Source: a virus. Taken from it: a DNA stretch of 64,000 bases. Where the stretch lies: positions 32,001 to 96,000 of IMG/VR virus record IMGVR_UViG_3300005471_000011; one strand, written 5' to 3'. Both the position numbers and the translations under genes were made by a program. The notes under the pieces were generated by a model that ran no database searches, was not told the DNA's origin, and saw nothing but the letters and a program-made list of their open reading frames with translations. Below are positions 46,098-55,007 of this stretch, in pieces (the first letter of the stretch is position 1; each line of letters begins with the position of its first letter).

Positions 46098-48740
46098 TTA
46101 GCGAGGCTTGCGATTTTTAGCCACTGCTTTTGGCGGCGGCATTTGTCGCTTCTGGATCTTTGGCAAGGAGCGTTTTCTTGTCTTAGCTGTTGCTTGCGGC
46201 GCTGACTCGGCCAACGGCGATGACCGCTTTGCCAGAACCTCCACGGGAATGTCGCTTTCGCTCACGCCTCCCATCGGCAACATTCTGGCGATTCCAGCGG
46301 TTAGCTCGCCAAGTTCTTCGATTGCGCTAACTTGCTGTCGCTTTAGCTCCCTAGCACGATCAAGAAGCGCAACAACCGTTTTCATCTGTGATTTTGTCTT
46401 CGGCAGAGCGACAACCATTTCAAGGAATCGTTTTTCTTTATAGCGATTGCGGCTTGTCTTCGTCGATCCGGTCGAAATTCGGTCCACTTCGTCAAGGTAT
46501 TGCGGGCTGTTTAAGCAATGAACGACATACGACGACACCAACTCAGGTTCATCAACGTCCCCGCGCACGATGAAGGTTGGGAACTCGCCGGAAACATGAC
46601 AGCCATCGTGCTCCGGCGGGACTACGGCGAATGAGCCACGGAAGGCAAACAGGCGATTGTAAATGACGCTGCCCGCGGAAACTTGATTCAGCTTGCTACC
46701 CTTAATCAACCGCCCTGACTTCTCCTCTCGGACGAAGGTGCCCAGCCCCCACCACTTTACCCCCAATACGCGATAGTGACGCTCCCGGTCAATCTTCTCC
46801 ATGTGTTTAGTCTGAATGAACAATTCAGATAGCGCAACTGGCTGAGTTTCGAGGCCAGAGAATGCTATGCGAATATCAGCCAACGCTGATTTCAGGGCCG
46901 TGGTTATCAGAGAAAGATGCCCCTCGACAGCGGCTACGTTGGTTGCAATTTCAGCATCGGTTGGCGGAACGACTGGCAGTCGCTTTCGGTAATACTCCGC
47001 ATCCATGCGATCTTCGAGCGTGGCAACCCAGCTTTGCGGGTGCGCTTGACTCTTCTTTCCGCGCGAGAATGCCCTGTAGTCAAGTAGAACCTCTGGAAGT
47101 TGATTGCCGGCCACGGGAGCACCATTCGGCGCGTAGCCGCTGTTTTCAACCACCGCCATGAATGTTTCGCCCTGCGCCCCAGTCTCATCGACTTCGGGCT
47201 TCTTTTCCAAAAACAGAATGCTCGTCTTGGACCTCGCGTTGTAGCCTTCAAACGTAACCGCTGGCAAACTGACTATCCCCTTAATCCAGGCGTGCTGCTT
47301 GATGTAGTCGCGAACCTTAACCTTGCTGTCGTTGTTCAAAATGCCGTCGATTACGACAATGGCAACTGAGCCACCCGGCTTCACCAATCGCAAGCTACGC
47401 TCGACAGCTAGGATTACTCGATCTTGTTTGTGCTTTCTCCTGAGTTCATACCGACTCAAGATCGCGACATCGCTCTCGTATGACCCGAACGGTGGATTAG
47501 TGATGCAGAGATCGAATGTCCCCTCTTGGATTTTCCCCGGCACGTCCACTAAGCCATGATGCTTAACAATCCCAGCGCTGCCGTCCCCGTGGACGATCAT
47601 GTTCATTTTGCAAGCCAGTGTCGTCCGCTCTTTCCAATCGGTTCCAAAAATGCAGCGATTTGATAGCTCGATTTTCCACTTCGATTTTTCATCCTCGCTG
47701 AACTCCTGAAGCCTGATTTTCTCGCTGACGACCTCAAAGGCATAGATTAGGAATCCGCCTGTCCCGCAAAATGGGTCGATGATCTTTTGGCCGATCTTCG
47801 GGTCAATCGCGTCCACCATGAACTCGACTACATTACGCGGCGTGAAAAACTCTCCTAAGCCGCCAGTGAATGTGTCCCCAAGAAAATACTCGAACGCTTC
47901 GCCCTTCACGTCGAACGCCGTCAGTGATAGGTCGTAGCCTTCAAACTGGCTTACGATGGTGCGAATTGTTCGATCATCTAGGGCGATATTGCTGTCAGGA
48001 TCGAAGAGGTCGGAGAATTGCGGGTCTTCCTTGGTTTCTTGCCAAATCTGCTTGACGACGTTGACGCCCAGCTTCGCGAGCGTGTCATCGAATACCTTTG
48101 TCCGAAACCGATTGGCGTCCCCCGGATGCGTTCGCTCTTCGTGCATTTTGCAGAAGAGCACCTTCGACATTTCGTCAAATGCCTTGGTGGGGTCATCGCC
48201 TTGGTTATTCCGTATCTCGTTGTGGCAGGCGCGCAAGATCGACTTGAACGACTGCACGTCGTCGATGATGAAGAGTTCGTGTTTCGCCTCCAGCCGTAGC
48301 GATTCCTGCACTTCGGCGCTGACGACGAACTTTACAAAATCATCTGAGAGATCTCGCCTGTGCGGTAGATCTGCAAGCCGGTTTTTGCTAAGCGACTGAT
48401 ACACCCGCGTCTGGAGGCCGTTGGTAACGACCACTAGCGGCGCGATTCGCGGCAGCAGCCTTGCGTAAGAAATCGCCTGCTCAGTATCCCGGCGAATTAA
48501 CGGTTCCCCTGGAGGCTTGGTTTCGCAAACGATTAGCGGCGTGGTCTTGGCGGTCGTCGTATAGACCACCGCATCGGCAAAAATCGTCTTTGTTTTGCGC
48601 CCCTCTTGGATCTCGATTGGCTTGTTAAAATCAATACAGTTCTGCTTGTATCCACGCAACCCCAGATAGGGAACAAGGAACTTGACCTTCACGTCCTCCT
48701 CGGACAAAAGATCATCGGGGGCCGGCAGAGAATAGGACAT
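46098..48740 (-). CDS. Fused restriction-modification protein: HsdR_N-like nuclease, N6 methyltransferase and specificity (TRD) domain
   Basis: SEEDVKVK, AD..VY...IVCETK, QAISYA; GEFFTPR, DPFCGTGGFL, TNPPFG; C-terminal HsdS-like region; likely ATG at 48740. Confidence 0.85.
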   Translation of the reverse strand: MSYSLPAPDDLLSEEDVKVKFLVPYLGLRGYKQNCIDFNKPIEIQEGRKTKTIFADAVVYTTTAKTTPLIVCETKPPGEPLIRRDTEQAISYARLLPRIAPLVVVTNGLQTRVYQSLSKNRLADLPHRRDLSDDFVKFVVSAEVQESLRLEAKHELFIIDDVQSFKSILRACHNEIRNNQGDDPTKAFDEMSKVLFCKMHEERTHPGDANRFRTKVFDDTLAKLGVNVVKQIWQETKEDPQFSDLFDPDSNIALDDRTIRTIVSQFEGYDLSLTAFDVKGEAFEYFLGDTFTGGLGEFFTPRNVVEFMVDAIDPKIGQKIIDPFCGTGGFLIYAFEVVSEKIRLQEFSEDEKSKWKIELSNRCIFGTDWKERTTLACKMNMIVHGDGSAGIVKHHGLVDVPGKIQEGTFDLCITNPPFGSYESDVAILSRYELRRKHKQDRVILAVERSLRLVKPGGSVAIVVIDGILNNDSKVKVRDYIKQHAWIKGIVSLPAVTFEGYNARSKTSILFLEKKPEVDETGAQGETFMAVVENSGYAPNGAPVAGNQLPEVLLDYRAFSRGKKSQAHPQSWVATLEDRMDAEYYRKRLPVVPPTDAEIATNVAAVEGHLSLITTALKSALADIRIAFSGLETQPVALSELFIQTKHMEKIDRERHYRVLGVKWWGLGTFVREEKSGRLIKGSKLNQVSAGSVIYNRLFAFRGSFAVVPPEHDGCHVSGEFPTFIVRGDVDEPELVSSYVVHCLNSPQYLDEVDRISTGSTKTSRNRYKEKRFLEMVVALPKTKSQMKTVVALLDRARELKRQQVSAIEELGELTAGIARMLPMGGVSESDIPVEVLAKRSSPLAESAPQATAKTRKRSLPKIQKRQMPPPKAVAKNRKPR

Positions 48741-48952
48741 TATGCCCTCTTTGTCCCGGTAGGTTTCTTCGGCTTGTCCCAATAGGGGCTTTTGCAGTGC
48801 GGGCACACTCGCGGATGTTCGTCCGGTTTCCGCGGAACCCATTCGTGAGAACATCGCTCACAACGATACCCCGGCACGGTGAGTTTGATTTTCGCCATAG
48901 CCGGTATCTTACCAGATAATCAGTTATTTCAAAGGCAAATACTAGCCGGGGA

Positions 48953-48981
48953 TTGACGAATACTTACTTAGATAGTATATT
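48953..48981 (+). promoter_or_regulatory. Promoter of the transposase
   Basis: TTGACG, 17 bp, TATATT. Confidence 0.6.
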
Positions 48982-49020
48982 ACTACGAAAGTAAGACACA
49001 GACTGACTGGAGTTACTGCC

Positions 49021-50028
49021 ATGAACGACCGCGAGCAACGTGGGTTGACAATCGCCGCACTGACGAAGTTGGTCCGCAAGGGCGGTATTTGGGTTGTGCC
49101 TTCACAATCTGGACCAGCGAAATATACCGTTTGCCCAGATCCGATCAATCCCCACTGCACGTGCGCGGACCACGAAACCCGCGGCTGTAAGTGTAAACAC
49201 ATTTTCGCCGTCGAATTCGCGATGAAGCGCGAAGAGGCGGCAGACGGCACGGTGACGGAAACGCGGTCGATTACCCTGACTGAGAAGCGGACGACCTACA
49301 CTCAGGATTGGCCCGCGTACAATGCCGCCCAAACCACTGAGAAGGGCACGTTCCAGGTAATGCTCCGCGACTTGTGCAATGGAATACAGGAACCGCAGCA
49401 GGGGATGGGACGCCCTCGCATCCTGCTCCGAGATGCCCTCTTCGCAGCTTGCTTCAAGGTCTATTCCACGTTCTCAGGCCGGCGGTTTATGACCGACCTG
49501 AAAGAGGCGCACGGGGAAGGCCACCTAACCCGCTGCCCGTCGTACAATTCGATCTTCGCTGTTTTTGAATCGCCAGAGACCGATGGCGTACAGCTTCCCA
49601 AGCTGCTCGGAACGACGGCCCAGCGATTCACGGTCAAGGAGGTTTCTGCCGACTTAGCTTACTCGACTAACACGAACCTAGCGGAAGTGGACGCGCTCGG
49701 CGCGTCGCCAATGATCCCATTCAAGCGGAACGCGGTCGCCACATCCGGCGGCTTGTGGTCCAAGATGTTTCACTACTTTCAATTTCACCGCCAAGAATTT
49801 CTGAGCCGCTATCACCTGCGGTCGAATGTCGAGAGCACATTCTCTATGATCAAGAGGAAGTTCGGCGATTCGCTGCGGAGCAAGACTGACGTAGCGATGA
49901 AGAATGAAACGCTGGCCAAGCTGGTTTGCCACAACATTTGCTGCGTCATTCAGGAAATGCACGAATCGGGCGTCGATCCGACTTTCTGGGCAGATTCGGC
50001 AGTTGCCCAGAAAGGAGCCAACAACTAG
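49021..50028 (+). CDS. DDE transposase with N-terminal SWIM Zn finger, apparently internally deleted
   Basis: CTC.D...CKCKH (SWIM); VSADLAY and YHLRSNVESTFSMIK; first catalytic Asp region not seen. Confidence 0.8.
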   Translation: MNDREQRGLTIAALTKLVRKGGIWVVPSQSGPAKYTVCPDPINPHCTCADHETRGCKCKHIFAVEFAMKREEAADGTVTETRSITLTEKRTTYTQDWPAYNAAQTTEKGTFQVMLRDLCNGIQEPQQGMGRPRILLRDALFAACFKVYSTFSGRRFMTDLKEAHGEGHLTRCPSYNSIFAVFESPETDGVQLPKLLGTTAQRFTVKEVSADLAYSTNTNLAEVDALGASPMIPFKRNAVATSGGLWSKMFHYFQFHRQEFLSRYHLRSNVESTFSMIKRKFGDSLRSKTDVAMKNETLAKLVCHNICCVIQEMHESGVDPTFWADSAVAQKGANN

Positions 50029-50056
50029 GACTTATTGGGCAAAGCCCCGCACTGTC

Positions 50057-50479
50057 TCAGAAATCGAAAGCATGCTCGTTCGCGCTGGTGCCAGAAGTAT
50101 CTCCAAGGAATACGCCAACGGCTCAGTCCAGGCGCTTAACTTTGTGATCATGTGTCCTGAGACGCAGGCACCACTTGGCGTGCGTTTGCCGGCTGACCAG
50201 GAAGCGGTTTTTCAAGTATTGAAAAAGGCGCGCAGCCCTCGCGCTCGCTGGCATCGCGGGTGGGAAGATAAAGTCCGCGAGCAAGCCAAGCGAACCGCCT
50301 GGAGGCTGATGTTCGACTGGGTAGCCGTGCAGCTCTCGCTGATAGAGATGAAGCAAGCGGAGCTAATGCAGGTGTTCTTGCCGTATTTGTGGGCTGGCAA
50401 GACGACGTTTTACGAGTCGATCAAGCAAAACAAATTTGCTGCGCTGAGCTATGAGGGCGAAAGGCCGAGCGAGCAATGA
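50057..50479 (+). pseudogene. 3' fragment of the IS-interrupted phage gene
   Basis: Continues the frame of 46000-46041; QAKRTAWR...DWV..QL...QVFLPY. Confidence 0.75.
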
Positions 50480-51294
50480 ACGCACGAGGCGTCCTGTATT
50501 ACAACATCGGCGACCGCTACGCCGTGCCGCTGGCGGTGTCCCTGATGACGCTGCGCGACTGGTACGCGGGTCCGGTGGCAATCGTCACGGACATGGCTGG
50601 TATCCCGTGGATTCGCAAGATGCTCAAGATTCCCGGCTTGCTGCCACTGGATATCATCCCCATGCTGCCGGAAAGCTCCTCCGAGCAGTGGCGCTATCTT
50701 GCCAAGCTCGAACTGCCGGAGCTATCACCGTTCGCCTCCACGGTCATGCTGGACGCGGACACGCTGGTCGTCGGGTCCATCGAGGAGTTGTGGCCCGACA
50801 TGAAATCCGGGGAAGTGGTCCTGACAAATCGTTCCAACGGCGCCACGGCTCACGTCAAGATGCGGCTGCGATGCCAGCAGTGGATTGATATCGCTCCGCT
50901 GCGCGCGAGGCGCGTGCGTTCCCAGCGGTTCAAGGTTGCCGCGATCAACACGGGCATCATGGCTTGGTCGCGCAACAGCTCGCCTTTCGTGCGCGAATGG
51001 TACCGGCTGGCGAGGCTCCGTCCGATCCACAGTTGCGACGAGATGGCGGCACAGCTCACCTATCCCGACTTCCCGCACAGGATTCTGGATTCCCGCTACA
51101 ATGCCAACGTGACCTACGACCGGGAGGACGTGCGAATCTGGCACGGGCCGCGGTCACAGTTCTGGAAGGCAGGCGGGCGCGGCAGGGCGCTGTGGACGCC
51201 TTATTTCCGGCGAGAACTGCCATTGCTGCGAGAGCTGCTGCCAACGGCGGCGTGGCTTGGTGGCTGGCTGGAAAGGGAAACAGGGAAAGCATGA
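50476..51294 (+). CDS. GT8-like glycosyltransferase, paralog of 43496-44407
   Basis: SPFASTVMLDADTL, AINTGI, CDE, YN, VRIWH. Confidence 0.75.
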   Translation: MNARGVLYYNIGDRYAVPLAVSLMTLRDWYAGPVAIVTDMAGIPWIRKMLKIPGLLPLDIIPMLPESSSEQWRYLAKLELPELSPFASTVMLDADTLVVGSIEELWPDMKSGEVVLTNRSNGATAHVKMRLRCQQWIDIAPLRARRVRSQRFKVAAINTGIMAWSRNSSPFVREWYRLARLRPIHSCDEMAAQLTYPDFPHRILDSRYNANVTYDREDVRIWHGPRSQFWKAGGRGRALWTPYFRRELPLLRELLPTAAWLGGWLERETGKA

Positions 51295-51899
51295 GCGGCA
51301 CCTCGGCGCAGCTTACGGCGGTCACGTGCGTATATTGGATGCACCGCTACAACTTTGAGCCGCGAACGATTCTGAACATCGGTATTGGCAAGACGTGTCC
51401 TGAGTTGGCGATCTGGCAATGGCTGCTGCCAAACGCGCAAATCCTTGGCGTTGATCCACGCTGGAGCCCGCGCGGCAACTGGAGCAGGGGCGGTGCCAAG
51501 CAGCTCAAGGTTGGCGTCGGGGACGGGACCAAGCCCACGGCGACTTACTGCGGCGATTGCCGGTCGGTCAAGTGCGAAAACCCAGCGCACACCGCGCACA
51601 AGTCCACCGCGACCATGACGACGATTGACCAGATCGTCGCGGACGAGAAACTCCAGCCGCCGTTTTTTATCTGGATGGACATTGACGGCGGGGAGATCGA
51701 CGCGATCCACGGTGCCAAGCTGACGCTGCCGCACGCGGGATACATGAACGTGGAGTTCTGCGACCACAAGCAGATTCCGGAGCACCGCGAGCAGTTGCAC
51801 TTGCTGCTAAACGCTCACAGCTTCGTCCTCATGTACGATCACAAGGCCGTGTCTCAGGACAGGCTTTATCGCAACCGCCGCTTCAAGATGCCAAAATGA
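51291..51899 (+). CDS. FkbM-like methyltransferase
   Basis: ILNIGIG, TTIDQI, FIWMDIDGGEIDAIHGA..TL, NVE; ATG at 51291. Confidence 0.65.
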   Translation: MSGTSAQLTAVTCVYWMHRYNFEPRTILNIGIGKTCPELAIWQWLLPNAQILGVDPRWSPRGNWSRGGAKQLKVGVGDGTKPTATYCGDCRSVKCENPAHTAHKSTATMTTIDQIVADEKLQPPFFIWMDIDGGEIDAIHGAKLTLPHAGYMNVEFCDHKQIPEHREQLHLLLNAHSFVLMYDHKAVSQDRLYRNRRFKMPK

Positions 51900-52087
51900 T
51901 CAAGGACGTGCTGACTCCCAAGGATGTTGCGAAGCTGACTGGCTTCAGCCAGAGCACCATCAAGAAATGGATGGATCGTGGCTTGCTTAAGGGCTGGCGC
52001 ATTCCCGGCTCGAACCACCGACGGTTCGACCGCGAGACCGTGCTGGCGTTCCTGCGCAGCAACGGGATTCCGGAACCTGCGCCATGA
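51896..52087 (+). CDS. Excisionase-like HTH_17 DNA-binding protein
   Basis: VLTPKDVAKLTGFSQSTIKKWMDRGLLKGWRIPGSNHRRF. Confidence 0.8.
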   Translation: MIKDVLTPKDVAKLTGFSQSTIKKWMDRGLLKGWRIPGSNHRRFDRETVLAFLRSNGIPEPAP

Positions 52088-52596
52088 TCCGCCTGGGGTT
52101 CACCCGCTACGAGTTGCCGGAGCTGATCGACCTGCAAGGCTACAAGCGCGCCGTCGAGGTCGGAATCAACCTTGGCCAGTTCAGCTATCATCTGCTCAAG
52201 TACTCCAAGCTGGAGCTGCTTGTCAGCGTGGACAGTTACCCAGGCAAGTACCGCAAGGCGATGCCGAGCGCCAAAAACTATTTGGCGCCGTTCGGGGCGC
52301 GGTCGCAGTTGTTGCGGCGATCCAGCGTGGACGCGGCAGCGACCGTCGCTAACGGATTCTTTGACTTCGTGTATATTGACGCGGCGCACGACTATGCCAG
52401 CGTTCATGCTGACATTGAGGCATGGGCGAGGACGGTTCGTCCGGGTGGGCTGCTCGCTGGCCACGACTACACGCCGGCGCACGCGGGCGTGATGCAGGCG
52501 GTGGACGAGTTCACGTCCAATTCAAACTGGACGCTTTTTTCGACGCGCGAGCTGTGGGCGAGTTGGATGTTCTTTGTGCCGGAGTCGGCTAGTTGA
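52084..52596 (+). CDS. Class I SAM methyltransferase (Methyltransf_24-like)
   Basis: VEVG...G.FS, FDFVYIDAAHDY, VRPGGLLAGHDY. Confidence 0.85.
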   Translation: MIRLGFTRYELPELIDLQGYKRAVEVGINLGQFSYHLLKYSKLELLVSVDSYPGKYRKAMPSAKNYLAPFGARSQLLRRSSVDAAATVANGFFDFVYIDAAHDYASVHADIEAWARTVRPGGLLAGHDYTPAHAGVMQAVDEFTSNSNWTLFSTRELWASWMFFVPESAS

Positions 52597-52621
52597 CACG
52601 GCACGCAGCACTATGTAAAAT
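52593..52621 (+). promoter_or_regulatory. Sigma70-type promoter driving the RAMP/array module
   Basis: TTGACA, 17 bp, TAAAAT. Confidence 0.75.
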
Positions 52622-52630
52622 GCCAGCCGT

Positions 52631-52716
52631 GGCTACCAACCATCTCGCAAACATACGCGCCCTCTGCGCGAGGTTTTCTCTTGGTTGGTAGCCTGGGTTA
52701 GCCCGCGCAGGGGGCG
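52631..52716 (+). promoter_or_regulatory. Structured 5' leader (stem plus pseudoknot or alternative pairing)
   Basis: GGCTACCAACCA (52631-52642) pairs with TGGTTGGTAGCC (52682-52693); loop 52658-52670 pairs with 52704-52716. Confidence 0.55.
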
Positions 52717-52762
52717 TTCCTTCTGCGGGGCATGGCAACTGTTTTTCGAGGAGCCTCAGGTT

Positions 52763-53554
52763 ATGACGACTGCAACTGTTGGAAAGAATCGGTTGAACGG
52801 AGACACGGCGCTTGATGGCGACATCCAGGTCGCCGAGGATCAGGCGCGAGCCAACGCCAAGGAGAAGGGCAAGAAAGAGACGATCCAGGTCAAGCCGCTG
52901 CGGCTCAAGGTGCTTGAGGTCATCATCATCGGCACCGCGCCGCTGCTCCAGTTGCGTTTCTCCGCCAAGGCAATCGCCAAGATGCGGGCGACGCAGGAAG
53001 CCGGGGGGCAGGCCAAGTCCAAGAAGAACCGCGAGGCACGGGACTTCCACGCGGATTACCTGGGTGCCTTTCATCTGTTCGCTGACGGCACTCCCGGATT
53101 CCCGGCATCGGCGATCCGCGCGGCGTGCATCAGCGCGTGCCGCACGTGCAATTTCAAGATGACGCTGGCGAAGCTTTCCATTTTCACGCTGGCGGACGGC
53201 TTGGACATCGTGGACGGCATCCCGCTGGTCAAGGTGTTCGGCACGCCGGAGGAGACAGTAATGCCTGTTCGAAATCAAACTGGCGTTACGGATTTGCGGG
53301 CGCGTCCGATGTTCAAAGCCTGGAAGGCAAAAGTTCGAATCCGCTTCGATGAAGACCAGTTTTCTGCGCAAGATGCGTACAACCTTCTCTGCCGCGCCGG
53401 CGCTCAGGTCGGTATCGGAGAAGGACGGCCGGACTCACGCGAGTCGGCCGGCATGGGGCTGGGCACTTTCCGCGTGATCCTGCCGGACGATGAAGCGAGC
53501 GACGAGGAGGCGTTGCAGATTCCTTGGAAGGCGAAGGCGGTGGTTGAAGCCTAG
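52763..53554 (+). CDS. RAMP / Cas7-like (RRM-fold) protein
   Basis: GAGGAG RBS. First strand VIIIGTAPLL, then GFPASAIRAA, RARPMF..W...VRIRF and a C-terminal Gly-rich loop AG.QVGIGEGRP....GMGLGTFRV, the same order of motifs as in RAMPs. Confidence 0.65.
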   Translation: MTTATVGKNRLNGDTALDGDIQVAEDQARANAKEKGKKETIQVKPLRLKVLEVIIIGTAPLLQLRFSAKAIAKMRATQEAGGQAKSKKNREARDFHADYLGAFHLFADGTPGFPASAIRAACISACRTCNFKMTLAKLSIFTLADGLDIVDGIPLVKVFGTPEETVMPVRNQTGVTDLRARPMFKAWKAKVRIRFDEDQFSAQDAYNLLCRAGAQVGIGEGRPDSRESAGMGLGTFRVILPDDEASDEEALQIPWKAKAVVEA

Positions 53555-54470
53555 GCTCGTTTGTCGCGGATAGTTTAGGAGTGCCTTGTCCCGCATTGTT
53601 CGGGCGAGGCAGGCATGGTAAGTCGCGGCATGCCTAGTCGCTGTTTGGCAGGCATGTCCCGACGTGTTAGGGCAAGCTGCGGCACCGCGGGCTGTGTCAC
53701 GGCGCGGCAGGCATGTCCCGTTGGTCCGCTTCGGTCGGTATGGCACGGAGAGGTACGGCAGGCTTGACTAGTCCCGGAATGGTCGGTCGGTCATGGCAGG
53801 CATTACCCGTCACGCTTCGGTATGGCAAGACGCGGCAGGCAAGATTCGTCTCGGCAGGATTCGTCTCGGTTGGTTCTGGAATGGCATGTCAAGGTCTGGC
53901 AGGCCCGTCGGGTCTGGCCGTTGCTGGGCACGGTTTGCACGCGGTATGGCAGGCATGGCTGAGCGAGTCCCGTTGTGTTCCGGTCCGGCAGGAGCGGAAG
54001 GTTTCGGCGGGGTGTGGTAGGTCTCGGCAGGCTAGTATTGGAGCGTTTCGGATTGGTGAGGCACGGTTTCGCAGGCGAGCCAAGGCATGTCAGGTCCGGA
54101 CGATGAGCGGCTCGGCAGGCATGGAACGGCAAGTTGAGTTTGGACTAGTCGCGGTTCGGCAGGCGTGGAGCGTTCGGTTCGACATGTTAGGGTGCGGATC
54201 GTATGGTCCGCTACGGCAGGCACGTCGGGTCAGGACTGTGCGGAGCGAGTTCGGGCACGGTCAGACGCGGCAGGCCAGCCATCGCATGGCGCGTTTGGTC
54301 CTTGCAAGGCTATGCAGGTCCCGGCAGGCAGCGCGGGTCATGGTAAGGCAAGGCATGGTTCGTCGTCGCAGGCGAGGTTCGTCAAGTCCCGGTGGTAAGC
54401 GATTCGTCGCGGAGAGGTTTGGCAGGCGTGTCACGGAGAGTTCAGCAGTGGGTTTGTCAAGGCAGGCACG
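53555..54470 (+). repeat. Noncoding array 1: about 19 GGCAGGC-anchored units built of G-N-Y-N-N pentamers
   Basis: Anchors at 53608, 53647, 53706, 53757, 53795, 53834, 53898, 53948, 53987, 54026, 54070, 54114, 54158, 54215, 54269, 54323, 54367, 54421, 54461; 13 of 18 spacings equal 4+5n. Confidence 0.85.
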
Positions 54471-54503
54471 GTTTTATTTCTTTCACAATCAGGAGATCGT
54501 TTT

Positions 54504-55007
54504 ATGGTGACCGAGATCAATGATGCAGTACGCAATGAAATGCTGGCGCTGCTCGATGACGACGGGCTGCTCAAGCCTGAAGCCGTCGTTGCGGCGGCAG
54601 CCAATGAAGCCAGCAGCATGCACAAGTTCTTCACTTGGGACGATGCTAAGGCAGCCGCCAAGTGCCGGCTGGAAGAGGCGCGTGCTCTGATCCGCAACGT
54701 CGAATGCCAGTACGATGAAAACTGGCTCAAGGGTCCGGTCCCGGCGTTCGTCAGCTTGGCGAATGATCGTGGACGCGAGGGCGGCGGCTATCGCTCCACG
54801 CCAGCGGTGCTGACCAACAATCAGCTTCGCGCGGAGCTGATCGCTACCGCCAAGAAGGAACTGGAGTCCTGGGCGCGACGGCACAAGGTGCTTCGCGGCT
54901 ATGTGCTCAACGTGCTGGTCGCCAGCGGGATTGAGCCGACTGGCATTTTTTCAGAGTCCGAGATTGGCTTGACAGTTACAGGAGGAGGCGATCAGGAAGC
55001 GGCATAG
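54504..55007 (+). CDS. Accessory protein between the two arrays
   Basis: AGGAG RBS; GLLKPEAVVAAA...SSMHKFFTWDD..AA..CRLEEARALIR, GGGYR. Confidence 0.75.
   Translation: MVTEINDAVRNEMLALLDDDGLLKPEAVVAAAANEASSMHKFFTWDDAKAAAKCRLEEARALIRNVECQYDENWLKGPVPAFVSLANDRGREGGGYRSTPAVLTNNQLRAELIATAKKELESWARRHKVLRGYVLNVLVASGIEPTGIFSESEIGLTVTGGGDQEAA

Larger units (their letters stand above)
46042..50046. mobile_element. IS5-family (IS903-like) element with passenger R-M gene, 4005 bp
   Basis: Direct repeat CCGCACTGTC at 46032-46041 and 50047-50056. Terminal IRs GGCTTTGCCTAGAAAGTC and (reverse complement) GGCTTTGCCCAATAAGTC. Extra IR-core copies inside both ends; lower GC. Confidence 0.9.

Noticed and set aside
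51896-52087. Integration module or att site implied by the excisionase-like HTH or the tRNA
   Set aside because: No integrase or duplicated tRNA 3' end in the window, so lysogeny cannot be established from this sequence.
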